From: the human T2T-CHM13v2.0 reference genome, Homo sapiens
Assembly (NCBI RefSeq): GCF_009914755.1
Contig: NC_060931.1
Direction: 5' to 3' (one strand)
Length of the DNA stretch: 64,000 nucleotides
In this document: piece by piece, positions 1-14,679 of the stretch
Layout of the letters: every line of letters starts with the position of its first letter
Position numbering within the stretch: the stretch's first letter is position 1
Notes under the pieces: generated by a model
Database searches by the model: none
Told to the model about the DNA's origin: nothing
What the model saw: the letters and a program-made list of their open reading frames with translations, nothing else
Translations under genes and position numbers: made by a program

Positions 1-908
1 GTTGCAGCTGTACACTATGTGACTATTTGTATGAGAAGTTATCAGGTTGCACAAGTACACCGATGTACTACCTGATAGACCTAGTTGCATATTTGCAGGA
101 AAAAACACAAATCCGAAATATATATATATATATGTATTTGTTTAAGATATAGGAAAAATCTCTTTGACCTATGAAAAGATTCGACAAGAAACAAAAAGTA
201 GTAGGACTTTTCTTGAATACTGAGAAAAATATCTTTGAAAATATTTTTGTCCTGAAAAAGGGTAGGTAAAAGTTTAGAAAAAATATATATAATTGTTTTA
301 ATAAAAGTGCAAATAGCTATTCCTTCTATAAATTAGCACAAGAAAGCAGGTCGAGGTATATAATAAATGAATGAATGTCTGTCATAAAAAGAAGAAAAAT
401 TAAGAGTAGAATTTAATAGAATTAAAATATGCATGTAAAAGGTAAAAGTAGAAATATAGGGAAAAATCAAGTTTATGATGTGGAGGAGAAACACGAGAAG
501 TTCTCAGGTAATAGATTAAAAAATGAAAGAAGTGTTAAAAATTGAAACAAAAAATTACAATTAAAACTAAATGAAGAAATAGAAATACAGTCTAACATTT
601 ATAAGTGTGCATATAAAGTACTTTCCTAATATAAAAAATATTGAAGATGTACTGAAAAAATATGACTAAGTTAAAAAGTCCTAAGTCAAGGGCCCTAAGC
701 AGAATAATGTATTCAATGTTTAAACTGTTTAAATAAAGATTTAGTTATAACCTGTAAACTTAATGTTAACATTTATAAATATGGGTGAAAAATATTCATA
801 TTGACTACAAAATATATATGCTCACCTAGCTCCTGTAACATAATAAAAAATAAGATGCTACAGTCTAGAAGTTTTGAAAGGACAAAGATTTAACTAAAGA
901 ATTCTAAA

Positions 909-1196
<288 letters not shown>

Positions 1197-1310
1197 AAAG
1201 AATTCTAAACTCAGATAAATTTTCATACACAAAGACAATCAACAATAATACAAAAAATGCAAAATTCAGGAAACTAATTTTATTCTAATTACAAAAGTTA
1301 TACTTTTAAA

Positions 1311-1393
1311 AAATATATTGTTATTTAACAGTAATTAACAGTTCAGAACTCAAAAATATTGTTATTTAACTGTTACTTAACAGTCCAGATCTA
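1311..1393. repeat. Degenerate ~41-bp tandem duplication
   Basis: AAAATATATTGTTATTTAACAGTAATTAACAGTTCAGAACTC is followed by AAAAATATTGTTATTTAACTGTTACTTAACAGTCCAGATCTA. Confidence 0.75.
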
Positions 1394-2169
1394 AAAAAGA
1401 TCATGCTGTAGATGCAGTTGTAAGATTTGATATCAATTAGCACAAGCTTAAATATTTTTAATGTTTAAGAATATGGCAAAAATTACTTATACATTCTAAA
1501 TACTGTAAATTCTATAAAATATGGTAAAAGAATAACTGAAGAAAATGTTTGCAAGCTTAAATATAACTATATAATAAAAATCTATTCCATATCCCAAATA
1601 AAAATTTCAAATTTCAGATATTTAATAGGTGGTATTTAGATAGATATATAGAACCTGAATTCCTATTAAACCTAGACAAGTGTACAAATCACTGTTTTAT
1701 TCCAAAAGTGTAAATTTTGATACATAGATCATAAACATAAATAAACCATTAGGAATGAATAAAAATAGGTTTAGTTTCCCAATAATTACAGAAGACAAAA
1801 GCAAACAATATGTAATTTATGTGACTAACAAAACAAAACCACAGGAAACAATGAATAACATAAAATAAAGACATAAATAGGGGAAAGCTGTCAACTCAAA
1901 ACATAAAAGTTATTACAACTTTTAACATCCTCTATTTAAAGGAAAGGATGTTCTGATTAAAAGCAAAGTTTGAATTGATACTACTATTAAAAGGAAGTTT
2001 TTATTTTAAAAATAAAATGAAATCAGTAAAGAATAGAATATAGTCTTTAATAATGCTGGAGCAGAGTGGATCCCCACAAAGTGTCATGGAGCCTCAGAGA
2101 AGGATATCTTATATGATTCTATCATCCTTATTATTTTAACTGATGACAAAACATTGGCATATGTGTGTG

Positions 2170-2340
2170 TCTAAATGTACAATTTGAGGACTATAGCTAA
2201 ATAAAATTGTATTGTATTAGATTTTTGTTAAATAAGATTTTAGCTGTTCTATTTGTTTTACCATAGTAACCACTTAAATGTTTATACGTAACCCACATCA
2301 TATTGTAAACCTCAAATATACACAACAAAATTTATTTTTG
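2170..2340 (+). mobile_element. L1MA-type 3' UTR fragment
   Basis: GACTATAGCTAAATAAAATTGTATTGTA...CATATTGTAAACCTCAAATATACACAA resembles the L1MA 3' end. Confidence 0.6.
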
Positions 2341-3033
2341 AAAGTCACAAAATAAAACAAATTAAATTTATGAAAAAATAAAAAATGGCCAAACACACAA
2401 AATTAGGAGGCAGGTTTGACAATAAATAATAGAAAGAAGTGTTTATTGAGGCAAATGGGATAATTTTATATTGATGAGAATTTAAATCCATAACAAAGTA
2501 AAAATAGTTATTAATCTCCCTTTACCTATAAACTCAGAATATATATTGAAATTTTATATGAATAAATTGATTAAAACATATTTTATTGACACTTAAATGC
2601 AGTACCATTAATCTATAAATTCATAGACTAGTTAATAGTCAGATAATAAATAATTTCAAAGTAGGTAAACATCATAACTCTAACAAGATTAGCCTAAAAG
2701 AGAGAGAAGAAATGAATCTATTCCCCATGAGTGTGGTTTCCGTGATGCTCGGAAAACCAAGTAAAAGTTACCTCCTTTTATTCAATAACTTTAATTCTAG
2801 GTATCGATAGAAAGGCAATCATTAAAAATGTAGAGAACTTAAGAGACACAGATTTACAAAGTTGTCTCTTTCAGCATTTTTTACATGGCAGAAATTGGAA
2901 GCAGTATACAAATATAACATTAGCAGAATTAAATAAATTATGATATACATGCACAATAAGAAAATTATTCATTAAAATTATACATAGAAACAAAAATATT
3001 TAATAGCCTGATTCCACATTAAAAATAATATTT

Positions 3034-3423
<390 letters not shown>

Positions 3424-3807
3424 TTAAAGATTTAGACAGAAAAGGCATTATACTAGCATGTTATATTGATATTACCCAAATGTTGGGATTTTAACATCTG
3501 TACTTTCTTACACTATTTCCTAATTTTCTATAATGAATGGATCTTTCTTTGATAATCAAAAAGAAAATTGAAAGCAATGGGGGTAATCTCCTTTATTTAA
3601 ATAAAATAATAATATAGACATAGAGATCATATAGGCATATAGATGTTTATGTTCATATAGACATGTAGATATTTAAATATGATTTGCTACAAATGAAATT
3701 TAAGGAAAAGCCTCACCATTGTGAGTATAACATTTGTTCCTGAAAATCACTCATACAGAGATGAAAAACCCAGTTTATTGGGGAGTGATCATATATAATT
3801 AAATGTT

Positions 3808-3835
<28 letters not shown>
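3808..3835. repeat. (CA)n microsatellite
   Basis: About 14 CA units, read directly. Confidence 0.95.
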
Positions 3836-3839
<4 letters not shown>

Positions 3840-5061
3840 ATTGGTATTTATGATCTCAAGTCTCATCTGTAGTTGGCTTTTTTAATCCATCATATTTTAA
3901 ATTAAATACAAATAAGTTCTTAACAAATAGTTGAACCAATCACTTCTGTTTGGTTTAACAGCCATACATACTAAGCATATTTTTTATTTGTTTGTTTTTC
4001 AGGTTAGGGACAGTATTTTTCTTATTATAATCTGACTCTTCAATTATTATAGTAATTATCAATCTCTCAGTTATTATTTTATAAAACTTTATTGAATAAA
4101 TGAATTAGTAAATTTAACACATTGATAAATTGGTATCATTCATTATTCACTAAAATTTATAGATATTAAAAAAGAAAAATCTCAGATATAATCATTAAAT
4201 CGGTAGGATCATATGTGTAATGGTGGCACGGAGTATATGAATGTATCTTTTTATGATGTGTTTTCCAAAGTAGGCCTGAAACAAAGAATAAGTTGCTTAT
4301 CTATTACTTTTAATTTCTAATATAAAGTATACACACACTTAAATTTCAATAGAGAATTTCAGATTACATGTATTATTCTACCAATTTACCTTTCCAATTT
4401 CTTCCTGTTTTGTCCATAACTAAAGATATGGGTGATGTTTACAACTGAGAATTCTATATGAATCTCACTTTTTCTAACTAAAGCCATAAAAGATACATTC
4501 ATATAAAATGTTACATAATAATCGAGACAGTTTGATTGCATATTCTTTTCAAATTCCATATGCACGCACACTTTCTATTACTGCTAATGAGAGCTTTGCA
4601 TGTGTTTTGATGGTGACTAGCATTTGGTAATTTTAGGAAAATGCACATATTGTTAAGTTCTCTTTTTCTCTTCTTTTTTGGTCCTCTGTTGGTTGTTGAG
4701 GGAACAAATTCATGGAATATTACAATCTGCAGCCTTCCAAAAGGATCCTTTCAGTGCTTTTAAAATTTAATTATATAACACATGATGGGTTTAAATCACC
4801 TCCTCTCGTAATGTAACCCATTAAAAAACAGTTTAGTAACTCGTTTTTATTGTGTGAAGATGATCAATGGTGTATCATTATCTGTTTCAAATCTGGAATA
4901 TCATTAAAGACATTGGCAGCACTCAACATTGAAAACTTAAGAATTACTTTTAATACATCTCTTTTGAAAACCAATACTGTGGACTTTTTCATTAGGAAAG
5001 AAAAGAATGTTTTCAAATGTGGTTGCAAACAAAAGAAAACAAAATTTTATGGAAACCTTTA

Positions 5062-5170
5062 CCCAGTTCTCAGCACTGGCTGCTCATCAGAATAATTTGG
5101 GAAAATTACTTAAAGAAAATATGAATACCTGTCTGGCCTGTGTATCTAATCAATTAAATCCACATCTGAG
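5062..5170. mobile_element. MER5-like hAT-Charlie fragment
   Basis: CAGTTCTCAGCACTGGCTGCTCATCAGAATAATTTGGGAAAATTACTTAAA resembles the MER5A start. Confidence 0.5.
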
Positions 5171-5303
5171 TCCTACTTTGCATGAGTAGACTCCAACTCA
5201 TGAGCTCTTAGCAATCTAGCTCACAAGACTGTGGTGAGAAATTACATATTAATTTACCCATGTAGAGGGTAACATTATGATAACTGTTCACGATAAGCAA
5301 ATA

Positions 5304-6135
5304 CTGTAAGTCTTCAATGTCATAATAGGTTCTCAGAAACTGTAACTTGAAGCAAAATGACATATAATGAAGCCAATTTCCCATAGGTGAATTGGTATTA
5401 ACAAAAGTTAAGTTCTTACAATATATTCTGGTCATAAAAACATCACCAAACTTCCAAACAGAGACTTCAAATGCTTCTAATATTAAACTTCGAAATAAAT
5501 AAGAGATATACATATATTAAAGAAAGCAGGGAAGATGATTATTTACCCAAATTTTGTTGAGTCAGTGAGTGACAGTGGTCATAGTGGTGGTAGATTAAAT
5601 AAAATAGCAAATGTTTGCAAAGCTAAAATTGTCAGGAGCAGCTCCTACTACCACACAGTCCAAAACCAAACATGAACAAATATGGCCCATAGAACATTGT
5701 CCTACCACATTGTTTGTTGTTCCACATCAGTATAATTATCCTATACTCTCTGAATTTTTATCCAACAATAATTTGTATTCATTCATTCATTCCTTTTCTA
5801 ATCCATTTATTTCAGCTCTGAGTCCCAGATACCTAGAGTCTATTCCAGCAGCTCAGGGCATAGAGCGGGAAACACCCTGGACAGGATGAAATCCCATGGC
5901 AGGCCACACTCACACCTACCCACTTTCACTCAGAAGAAACCATGTAGACAGGCCAACGAACTTAAGGGACACATCTTGGAGATATGAGAGGAAACTAAAA
6001 TACCTGGAGAAAACCCATGAAGACATGGGGAGCACGTTACCAACTCCACACAGACGGCGGCCTCAGCAGGAATCAACTATTTTTCTCATCAATGTCACAA
6101 TATTGAATGAAATGATGCTATTCAAAGACCTGCTG
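5304..6135 (-). mobile_element. MER6 (TcMar-Tigger non-autonomous DNA transposon), near full length
   Basis: The right end read on the minus strand is CAGCAGGTC, followed by the MER6 V-SINE-like core (GTCTGTGTGGAGTTGG...CCCCATGTCTTCATGGGTTTTCTCCAGGTA). The left end CTGTAAGTCTTCA...ATAGGTTCTCAGAAACTG matches the other terminus. TA at 5302-5303. Confidence 0.8.
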
Positions 6136-9129
6136 TCTCCCTGTATATGACTTTGGCATTCTTGCAATTCACAGATTGTACATGGGGACTGAAAGCAAAT
6201 AACTGACTCTTTTCACACATGAAGGGGGATTCAAGCTAACAGCTAATATACATATCTATGTAACATGAGAAAAATGCACTTGGTCTAGAATGAAACATGG
6301 GCTGATTCTTTAAGACAATAAATAAATAAAATAAACAGTGAAAAAGTTTCCTTTCCTTCTATATTTGTGAAATTACCATTTCTATGCCTAGAATGGAGGA
6401 TGCAGAAGAATATTTATTTGAAAACCTTGTTTCTCGCCTCTCTTTTCAAGTCTTTAATTAGCCATTTTAATATTTTTTTCATAAAAGCCTTGCAACTATT
6501 TCAGTTTATCCTTTTCACTCACAAGGAAAGAATTGCTATTCATCAATCCCAATTTAAAGCTAAAATTGTGTGTATTGGTTAAATTCATTATGATTGGCAA
6601 ATGCTTTCTTTCTCCTTTCTACTGTATTTTCAGTGGACGTATCAGGTATAAAACATAAATTTCCCTGCTTTTAAGAACACATAGGGTTAGAAGCAGCGTT
6701 GATGGGAGTTGTCAGTCTGTGCTCATAAACTGCTTATTGACCTTTAATTTTGATATGGATAAAGTTTCTTGTCATGTTCATAGGTTTGTGAAAGTACAAA
6801 TTAAAGTTCTATATGCATCTATAAGATGTGGCTTCTCACACTGTTAAATTTAACTCTTTTTTATTTAGAACTGATTCAATTTATATTCCTATAATCAGAG
6901 ATGATTAATTCTTATTTCTAACTACTCACAATCTGTAGCACAGTTGACTAAGACTTAAAAATCTTAATTATTGCTTAATTTCTAGTAAAAATGTTATTGA
7001 GGAAAACTGGTTATTGTTATTAAGAATTCATTCTGGAAAAGGTAAGAATTATTAGGAGTTCTGTTCATGGAGGAATTAAACTGCAACACTTCGAGCATCA
7101 TCATTGTGCCTCAGGAAATTTGCTTTCTCTTTGTGTTCTTTCCCATCTTTATTATAATCCATACTATGATATCGAATAGCATTTTTTTCTTCAACCCACT
7201 CTTGATTGACACCTCGATTGAGAAATGGTCACTTCATACTCTCATTTCTGGCTCTGATTCCTGATTCCATTTCTTGTGTGTTACATTTGCTCCCAGCTCC
7301 AAACATACATCTATTTTTGAGCTTTGTTATTGTCCTAATAGGTTAACATTTCTCTTTCAAGACTTAAGAATGTTTCTATTCTTCAAATGTAATTATTTTG
7401 TAATTATAATATTGTAGTATAATATTATATATCAGCAACTAACATGTATATCTATCCTGTTGTGGTTAGAATGAAAACATGTATAGCATTTTTATTCTGT
7501 TAAGATCACAATATTTGTATTATAGTTACCAGTCCTTAAAATATGGTTGTAAGTACACCTAGTGTAGAGAGGCTTATTATTAACAGATTAAAATCTTTCC
7601 TTATTTTATTCTCCAGAAGCCCCAAAGCAAAGTAACTTACTTACAAAGCATATATGTGAAATCATTTTTACCTTTTAGTTTTACTTATCAAGTGCTGGGG
7701 TAAGAGCAAGCAAACAAGCAAATAAACTCCATAGCAGCATTATAGATCTATATGCTAATATTTGAAAATTAAATTTATAAATATCTGCAACACAGAAACA
7801 ACAACAATAACAAATTATTTTTTGAGACAAATACATGTGAAATAGCATCTAAGAGTGAGAGCAGACCCCTCAGCAAAGTAGGAAGTGGGGACCCAAAGAA
7901 TAGTCCACCATGCATAGCTCTAAATCTAAGTGGAGGAAATTAAAGGTTAGATTAGATAATCATACTCTTAAGTATCTTTAAATATCTGTTTGTAGACTTT
8001 AATAAAAAACAAAAATGCATTTGAAGTCCTTACTTCTGCTTGCAAAAAAAGTATTGTTCATAAATTAAGGCACTGTTACCATACTAGCGTATCACTTCTG
8101 GGAATTTTTATTTCTAACTGATATTTATACTATTTACACTAATAATTACTCATACTTCATAAAGAGGGTGCTATCGTCATGTTTTCACCTTTTAATTTGA
8201 TTGTGCTAATCATATAAAATTAGAGAATAAATCTGTTAATGATAACAGGTGTGCTTGTTAGCATGCTTAATGGATATTTTGATTAGTTCATATCCAAAGT
8301 ATGCAAACATTTTTGATTACCTGTTTATAGTACAGCTTTATAGCAAAACTCCAAGATGAAGTCAAAGGATTTGTGAATTGCAATTTGCAAAAAAATTCCT
8401 CAAGTTAAAGCAATACCTCTAAGAAAAAGAAAACAAAATATCTGCAGGCAGTGCCATACAGAGTTTAAATTTGAAGATTTTATCTATCTACGAAATCTGT
8501 CAGTGAGCTCAGTTAGCAGCCACACATAAGAATTTGAAAACTTAATGTTTTATCTTGTTTTCATAATAATGATATTCACAAAGCTCTGTATGTTTAACTT
8601 AAATTTGAGTGATGATTTCAACAGTATATTCAGAATCACATAATTAGGTAATAACATTAATTCATGTTGGCAGTCAAAGTTCTATAATGATCAACTTTTC
8701 ACTATTTATATAAATAAATACTAATGGATAATAAATGCCCTATTATTGAATTTATTCTATTTTCTTTATATAATACATTTCAGACATTAATGTTTCTAAG
8801 CAACGTTTGCTCTTTAGAAATACTTGTGTTTATTGTTTATGTGGTTATGAAATAGTCTTTAGAGAGATGTGACAGGCTCACTGTTATTATAAAGTTGCAT
8901 TTATTGATATGTCAAGCAACAAAAGCTTTGCTTATTCTAAAACATCAATCCATTATTATTGAAAAGTTATGTTTTTTCTTCTCTCTCAACAGTAACATAT
9001 TAATTGAAAGAATAATGTAAAAATATATCACAAATGCTAAAAATGCTACATTGAACTTGACCAAGAAAGAAACTTATAATTCTACAGATAATACTCTTGA
9101 CTGAAATTTTACTTCATCCTAAATAATGC

Positions 9130-9260
9130 ATAAATATTTAAATTTTATAAAACCTATATGAGATTGACTGTTATAACATCTAGTTTTAGATTTCATTTGA
9201 TGATGTGAAAATTGATGTTCAAGGACATTGCCCAATGAAACAAGACTAATAAAGAGCAAA
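9130..9260 (-). mobile_element. MIR fragment
   Basis: CATTTGATGATGTGAAAATTGATGTTCAAGGACATTGCCCAATG resembles the MIR core in antisense. Confidence 0.4.
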
Positions 9261-10310
9261 AATATTTTTGCAACCCTACTTATGTCAATACTCACTTTGT
9301 GAGATAAAAAACTTCTCTCTCACTTAAATTTCATTTACATATACTTTCTCACATGTAAAATAAGGATAAATCCATCAATCTCATATATGCAAAATTAGCA
9401 GAAATGTGGCTAGCCATGAGTTGCCACATGTTTCATGGCATAAACAGTGAGTTGAAGCCATCATTACTATTATCATCTTCCCTAGGAGAATTTCCATGTT
9501 AGTGGATGTATATGAAGCCCTAAAGAGGCCAAAGCTATGATGGCAAATTTTTGGGAATTTCTTAGTGCAAAAGGATGTGTTGACTATTAATCTTGCAATA
9601 TTCCTAAAGTCATGCAATGTTTTAAATAATATCTTGTGTTTTCATAACCATGATAACATATGTGCTTCTAAATCAAAAGTGGTTTTTTTTGTTTGTCAAA
9701 AGCTCTGGTTTTTATGCTTTCACATAGAAGTTTGAACAGTAAATGAATGTTGTTATTGTTGAGTTTTTTGTCCTCTAAGATCCACTATAGAAAAGTGATA
9801 ATGTGCTTACCAGTATAAACACATATTTGAATCCTACTCATGTAAAGAAATCTGCTCTCAAAAGAGAATAGTAAACAAAACATCAAGCAAACGAATACAT
9901 TTTAAAAAAAGTCCTGGGTCTCTTTATAAGTAGCTCGAAACTACTTGAAAGACCACTGTGGACTGGGATTTCTACCTGAGAGACCTTTCCACTTGTTACT
10001 TAGATTTTTCTCATCTTACAGCTTTCCAGGCTCACAGCACCCGGTGATTCAGGATCCATCCTCAGAAATCACAGGATGTGCTGTGCTCTTCATGTCATCT
10101 ACTTGCTGACTGGCCGGAGAGCAATCTTGTAATAGCAATAATCTTTAGACCCATATTAATCTCTCACCCTCAAAAAATCCCATTAAGTTAAGTACTAATG
10201 AGGGAAAGTTCCTCATACAAGGCAAGGTACTTTCTCGATAATAAAACATAAGACTTTTCTGTCTAAAAGTCATTGCTATTGTCTTAAATTATAGTTTTAT
10301 CTATTCTTTA

Positions 10311-10667
<357 letters not shown>

Positions 10668-10701
<34 letters not shown>
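10668..10701. repeat. (CA)n microsatellite
   Basis: About 17 perfect AC units. Confidence 0.95.
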
Positions 10702-10704
<3 letters not shown>

Positions 10705-12592
10705 TGTATTTTTGGTGGTTTTATAGAAAAACAAGTGGTAGAACATAGGAATTCAAAACCCAGTTGTGTGGTGGAGTGTTGACAAAGCTACATACTTAAC
10801 CAGACTTGTTGCCCTGACAATTACCTTATATGACTCATCTCTTCTTCCCTTTTATAATTCCTCCCACTACTCTCCCCATCTCAGGCTTATGTAAATTCCA
10901 TATCTGCCTTTTGCAAACTCATAACTCCCAGGTGCGGAGATCCCATAATCCCAGACAATGAAATATATCACTAGAGTGTTTGTTTCCCTAGAGCAACAGG
11001 GGGAAGACATTGGACCAGTTTTTGGCCTTCGGGGCAGGATTGCTGAAACTCTTTATAGAATAGTGATTCTATAAATAACAGAATCAGTATTATTTATAGA
11101 GCCTAATTTTTTAATACTGTTTGTGAGGTGTTACATTTTATTCATTCATTTCTGTATAAATAAAAATGTATACAATAATGCTTTAGATCGAATATATCAT
11201 CAGGGAGTTTGCATTCTGGTAAGCAGATAACAGCGTGATATAAATTGCACATGGCTGATTGTAATACATAATAGTAAAACTAGAAATAATATACTATATC
11301 CAGTTCAGGAAATTTATAATAAAATTATGTGAGTTGGCTTTTAAAATTAAACTCTATTGATACCATTTTCATTGAAAAAAAGTGTGGTCCCATTTTAAAC
11401 AATAAACTAAAAAATTAACTTTTTAAAAATAAATACTTTATACGTTAGAAATTGCAAAGTCTTGAAAAAATGTTCTGCCCAACTATTATTCTTTTCAATA
11501 CCATCAAGTAAATTAGTTAAGAACTATATAAATATATTTTCATTATCTTTTTAATTATCTAAACTTTTGTTTTTAAATTAGTTCAAAGAAAGCTATGTAG
11601 ATATACTGAATTAAAAAAAAATGAGAGCAATGAAAACTCTTATGGTCACCCATGTGTCCACATAAGAACAAAAGAGTAAAAACAAAGGGAACATTTTAAA
11701 TGATGATTTCCTATACCAAGAGTGGTTTTTAAAAATTAAATAAATGAAAGTCTCAACTGTTGAAAGTCACTTAAAATGAAGAGGGAATTAAAATAAGCCA
11801 AAATTTTTACTTGTACTGTTTCCTTTTCATGTTATCTCTGCCTTTATTATTAAATTACCCATGTTTTTCAGTCATTTCAACTATTCCAATCATTATGCGT
11901 ATCATTAATACATATGGTATAGTTTAAAAATTCACTAAATTTTCACGATTATTAAAATATCATGCAAATAAGAGTATCTGATTTACCTGAAATTATTTCT
12001 ATTTTAAAAGAAAAGTTATATTGGATATTCATAAATGAATATATGTGTATTTACATGAATGCATATAAACATACCATTGTGTGTAAACTCATACTCCATT
12101 ATACTTTACAATGCTTTACAATAACTTTTCTTACTTGTTCCTCACAGTAGCATATTGACCTTTCTCCATGTGTAAAATAATAATAACCTAAACACTAAAA
12201 GCAAAGAGAAGTGAAAGGCTTTCCTAGGTAACAATTATCTGACTCTGAACAGTTTTGCTATTCAGCGGAACAATCTTATTTAAATAAGGCATTTAATGAG
12301 TTATTTTACAACACTATAAACAACTTATCTACTCTTATATAATTTTTTGTTTTGTTGTTATTCATCTGAATGGTTAATCAGTCTGAATAACTTCTATAAT
12401 GTTTTCACTATAAAAGTGTAAACCCCTTCTGTTGCTGACTCAAGTTATCATGACAGCACTTCATAAATGTACTGTTAAATATTTTAGGAGAAAGTACAAA
12501 TTATTATTGCATTAAAATACGGTATTAGATGCATTTTTGTTGACATTTATTTAATAATGTTAAGTAAATTATATATTATATATATATATATT

Positions 12593-13275
12593 TAGTCATT
12601 CACCACATGATGACATTTTGGTTAAAGGTGAATAGCCTACATGATAGTGGTCCTATAAAATTATAATAGAGCTGAATAGTTCCTATCACCTAGCAAAGTC
12701 ATAGACGTTGTAGCATCACAGTGTAATGCTTTACTCACATGTGTGTGGTGATGCTGTCGTAAATACACCCACAGTGATGCTAGTCCTATAAAAGTGTAGC
12801 ACATATAATTATGCACACTACCTAATACTTGATGATGATAAGTGGCCCTGTTACTGGTTTATGTATTTACTATATCTTTTATCATTGTTTTAGAATATGC
12901 TCCTTCTACTTTAAAGGAAGTTAACTGTAAAACAACTTCAGGCATGTCCTTCAGGAGGTGTTTCAAAGAAAAAGGATTGTCATCATAGGAGATGACATCT
13001 CCATGCATGCTATTGCCTATGAAGAACTTCCAGTGGGACAAGAAAGATGCAGAGGTGGAAGACAATGATGATGATTCTTTGTGTAGGCCTAGGGCAGTGT
13101 GTATGTTTCTGTCTTAGTTTTTAACAAAAAAGTTTAAAAAGTAAGAAAATAATAGACAAAATTTTATAAAATAAGGATACAAAATATTTTTGTACAGCTG
13201 TAAAATGTGTTTCTTTTAAGCTAAGTATTAATATAAAAGCTATAAACTTAAAAAAACAATGAAAAGTTAATAAAA
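12593..13275 (+). mobile_element. Tigger3b (Golem) DNA transposon, 5' half
   Basis: TIR-like start TAGTCATTCACCAC. Internal matches include GTTAACTGTAAAACAACTTCAGGCATGTCCTTCAGGAGG and CCAGTGGGACAAG...GAGGTGGAAGAC. Ends abruptly at an L1. Confidence 0.8.
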
Positions 13276-14672
13276 TCTTTAGAGAGATGTCTATTCAAGT
13301 CATTTGCTCATTTTTTAATTGGGTTTCTTCTCTCTTTGTTGTTGAATTCTAAGAGTTCTTTATATATTCTGTAGTCTAGACCCTTATGAGGTATAAGATT
13401 TACAAATATTTCACATTCAGTAAGATATCTTTTTTCCTCATCACAGTATCTTTTAATGCACAACAGTATTTAACTTGAAGTCAATCTGTTTTTTGTTGTT
13501 GTTTGTTTCATTGCTTGTATATTTGGTCATGTCTAAGAACCCATTACTAAGTCCTAGCTCAGGGCGATTTAGTTTCTATTTTTTAATAATAATGTTTAGC
13601 TGTAGCCCTTATATTTAGGTATTCAACCCATTTTAAGTTAATTTTTGTATATGATGGAGGTAGGGGTACATTCTTATTCATGTAGACACCTAATTGTACC
13701 ATTTCTGTTTGTTGAAAAGACTATTTATTCTTCATTGAATTGTCTTGGCATCCTTGTTGAAAATCGATTGATAATAAATGTATGTTTTTTTCTAGACTCT
13801 TATTTTTATTCCATCAACAACATGTCTCTCTTTATGCCAATTTCACAATGTTTTTATTACTGTAATTTTATTGTAAGTTTTAAAACTGGGAAGTGTGCTT
13901 GTCCAACCTAGTTCTTTTTCATGATTGCTTTGTCTATTTTGGGGCCCTTTCAATTCCATATGAATTTTATGTCCAGCTTTCCATTTCTATTTCTGTAAAA
14001 AGTAAAATAAAATAGGATAATTTAAATTTCGATAGAGATTGATTTGCATCTTTAAATCAACTTGGGGATTATTTCATTCTAAACCATATTACATTTTTAA
14101 TTTCTTTCAGTAATTTGTTTTTACATTTTTATGAAGGCTTGCACCTCTTTGGATAACATTTTCCTAAGTATGATATGCATATTTAATATATTGTTAATGA
14201 AATTATCTAAATTTTATTTTCAGATTGTTTATTGCTGATAACTAGAAATACAACCGATTCTTGAGTAATGAAATTTATCCTGCAAGCATGTTGAAAATGT
14301 TTAATAGTTTTTTTTATTCTTAGGATTTTCTATATATAAAGTTATTTCAAATGGGAATAGAGATTATTTTACTTCTTCCTCTCCAATCTCAAGTATTATT
14401 ATTATTAATATTTTGCCTATTTGTTCTTACTCGAACTCCCAAGGCAATGTTGAATAGAAGTGGTGAAAAGAGGCATTGTTTTCTTGTATCTGAAATTAAG
14501 TGGCAATTTTTCAGTCGTTCACTATGGAATATGATAGTAATAGGTTTCTCAAAAATGTCATTTATCATGTTTAGATATATACTTCTATTTCTAGTTTGTT
14601 GAATGTATGTATCATGAAAGTGTGTTGGATTTTGTCAAATGCTTCTTTTACGTCAATTAAGATACACATGTG
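13276..14672 (-). mobile_element. Old L1 (L1M) ORF2 3' region fragment
   Basis: Antisense L1 motifs: ATGTCTATTCAAGTCATTTGCTC, TTGTTGAAAAGACTATT, AATGTTGAATAGAAGTGGTGAAAAGAGGCAT, TTTTGTCAAATGCTT. Confidence 0.85.
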
Positions 14673-14679
14673 TGAAAGA

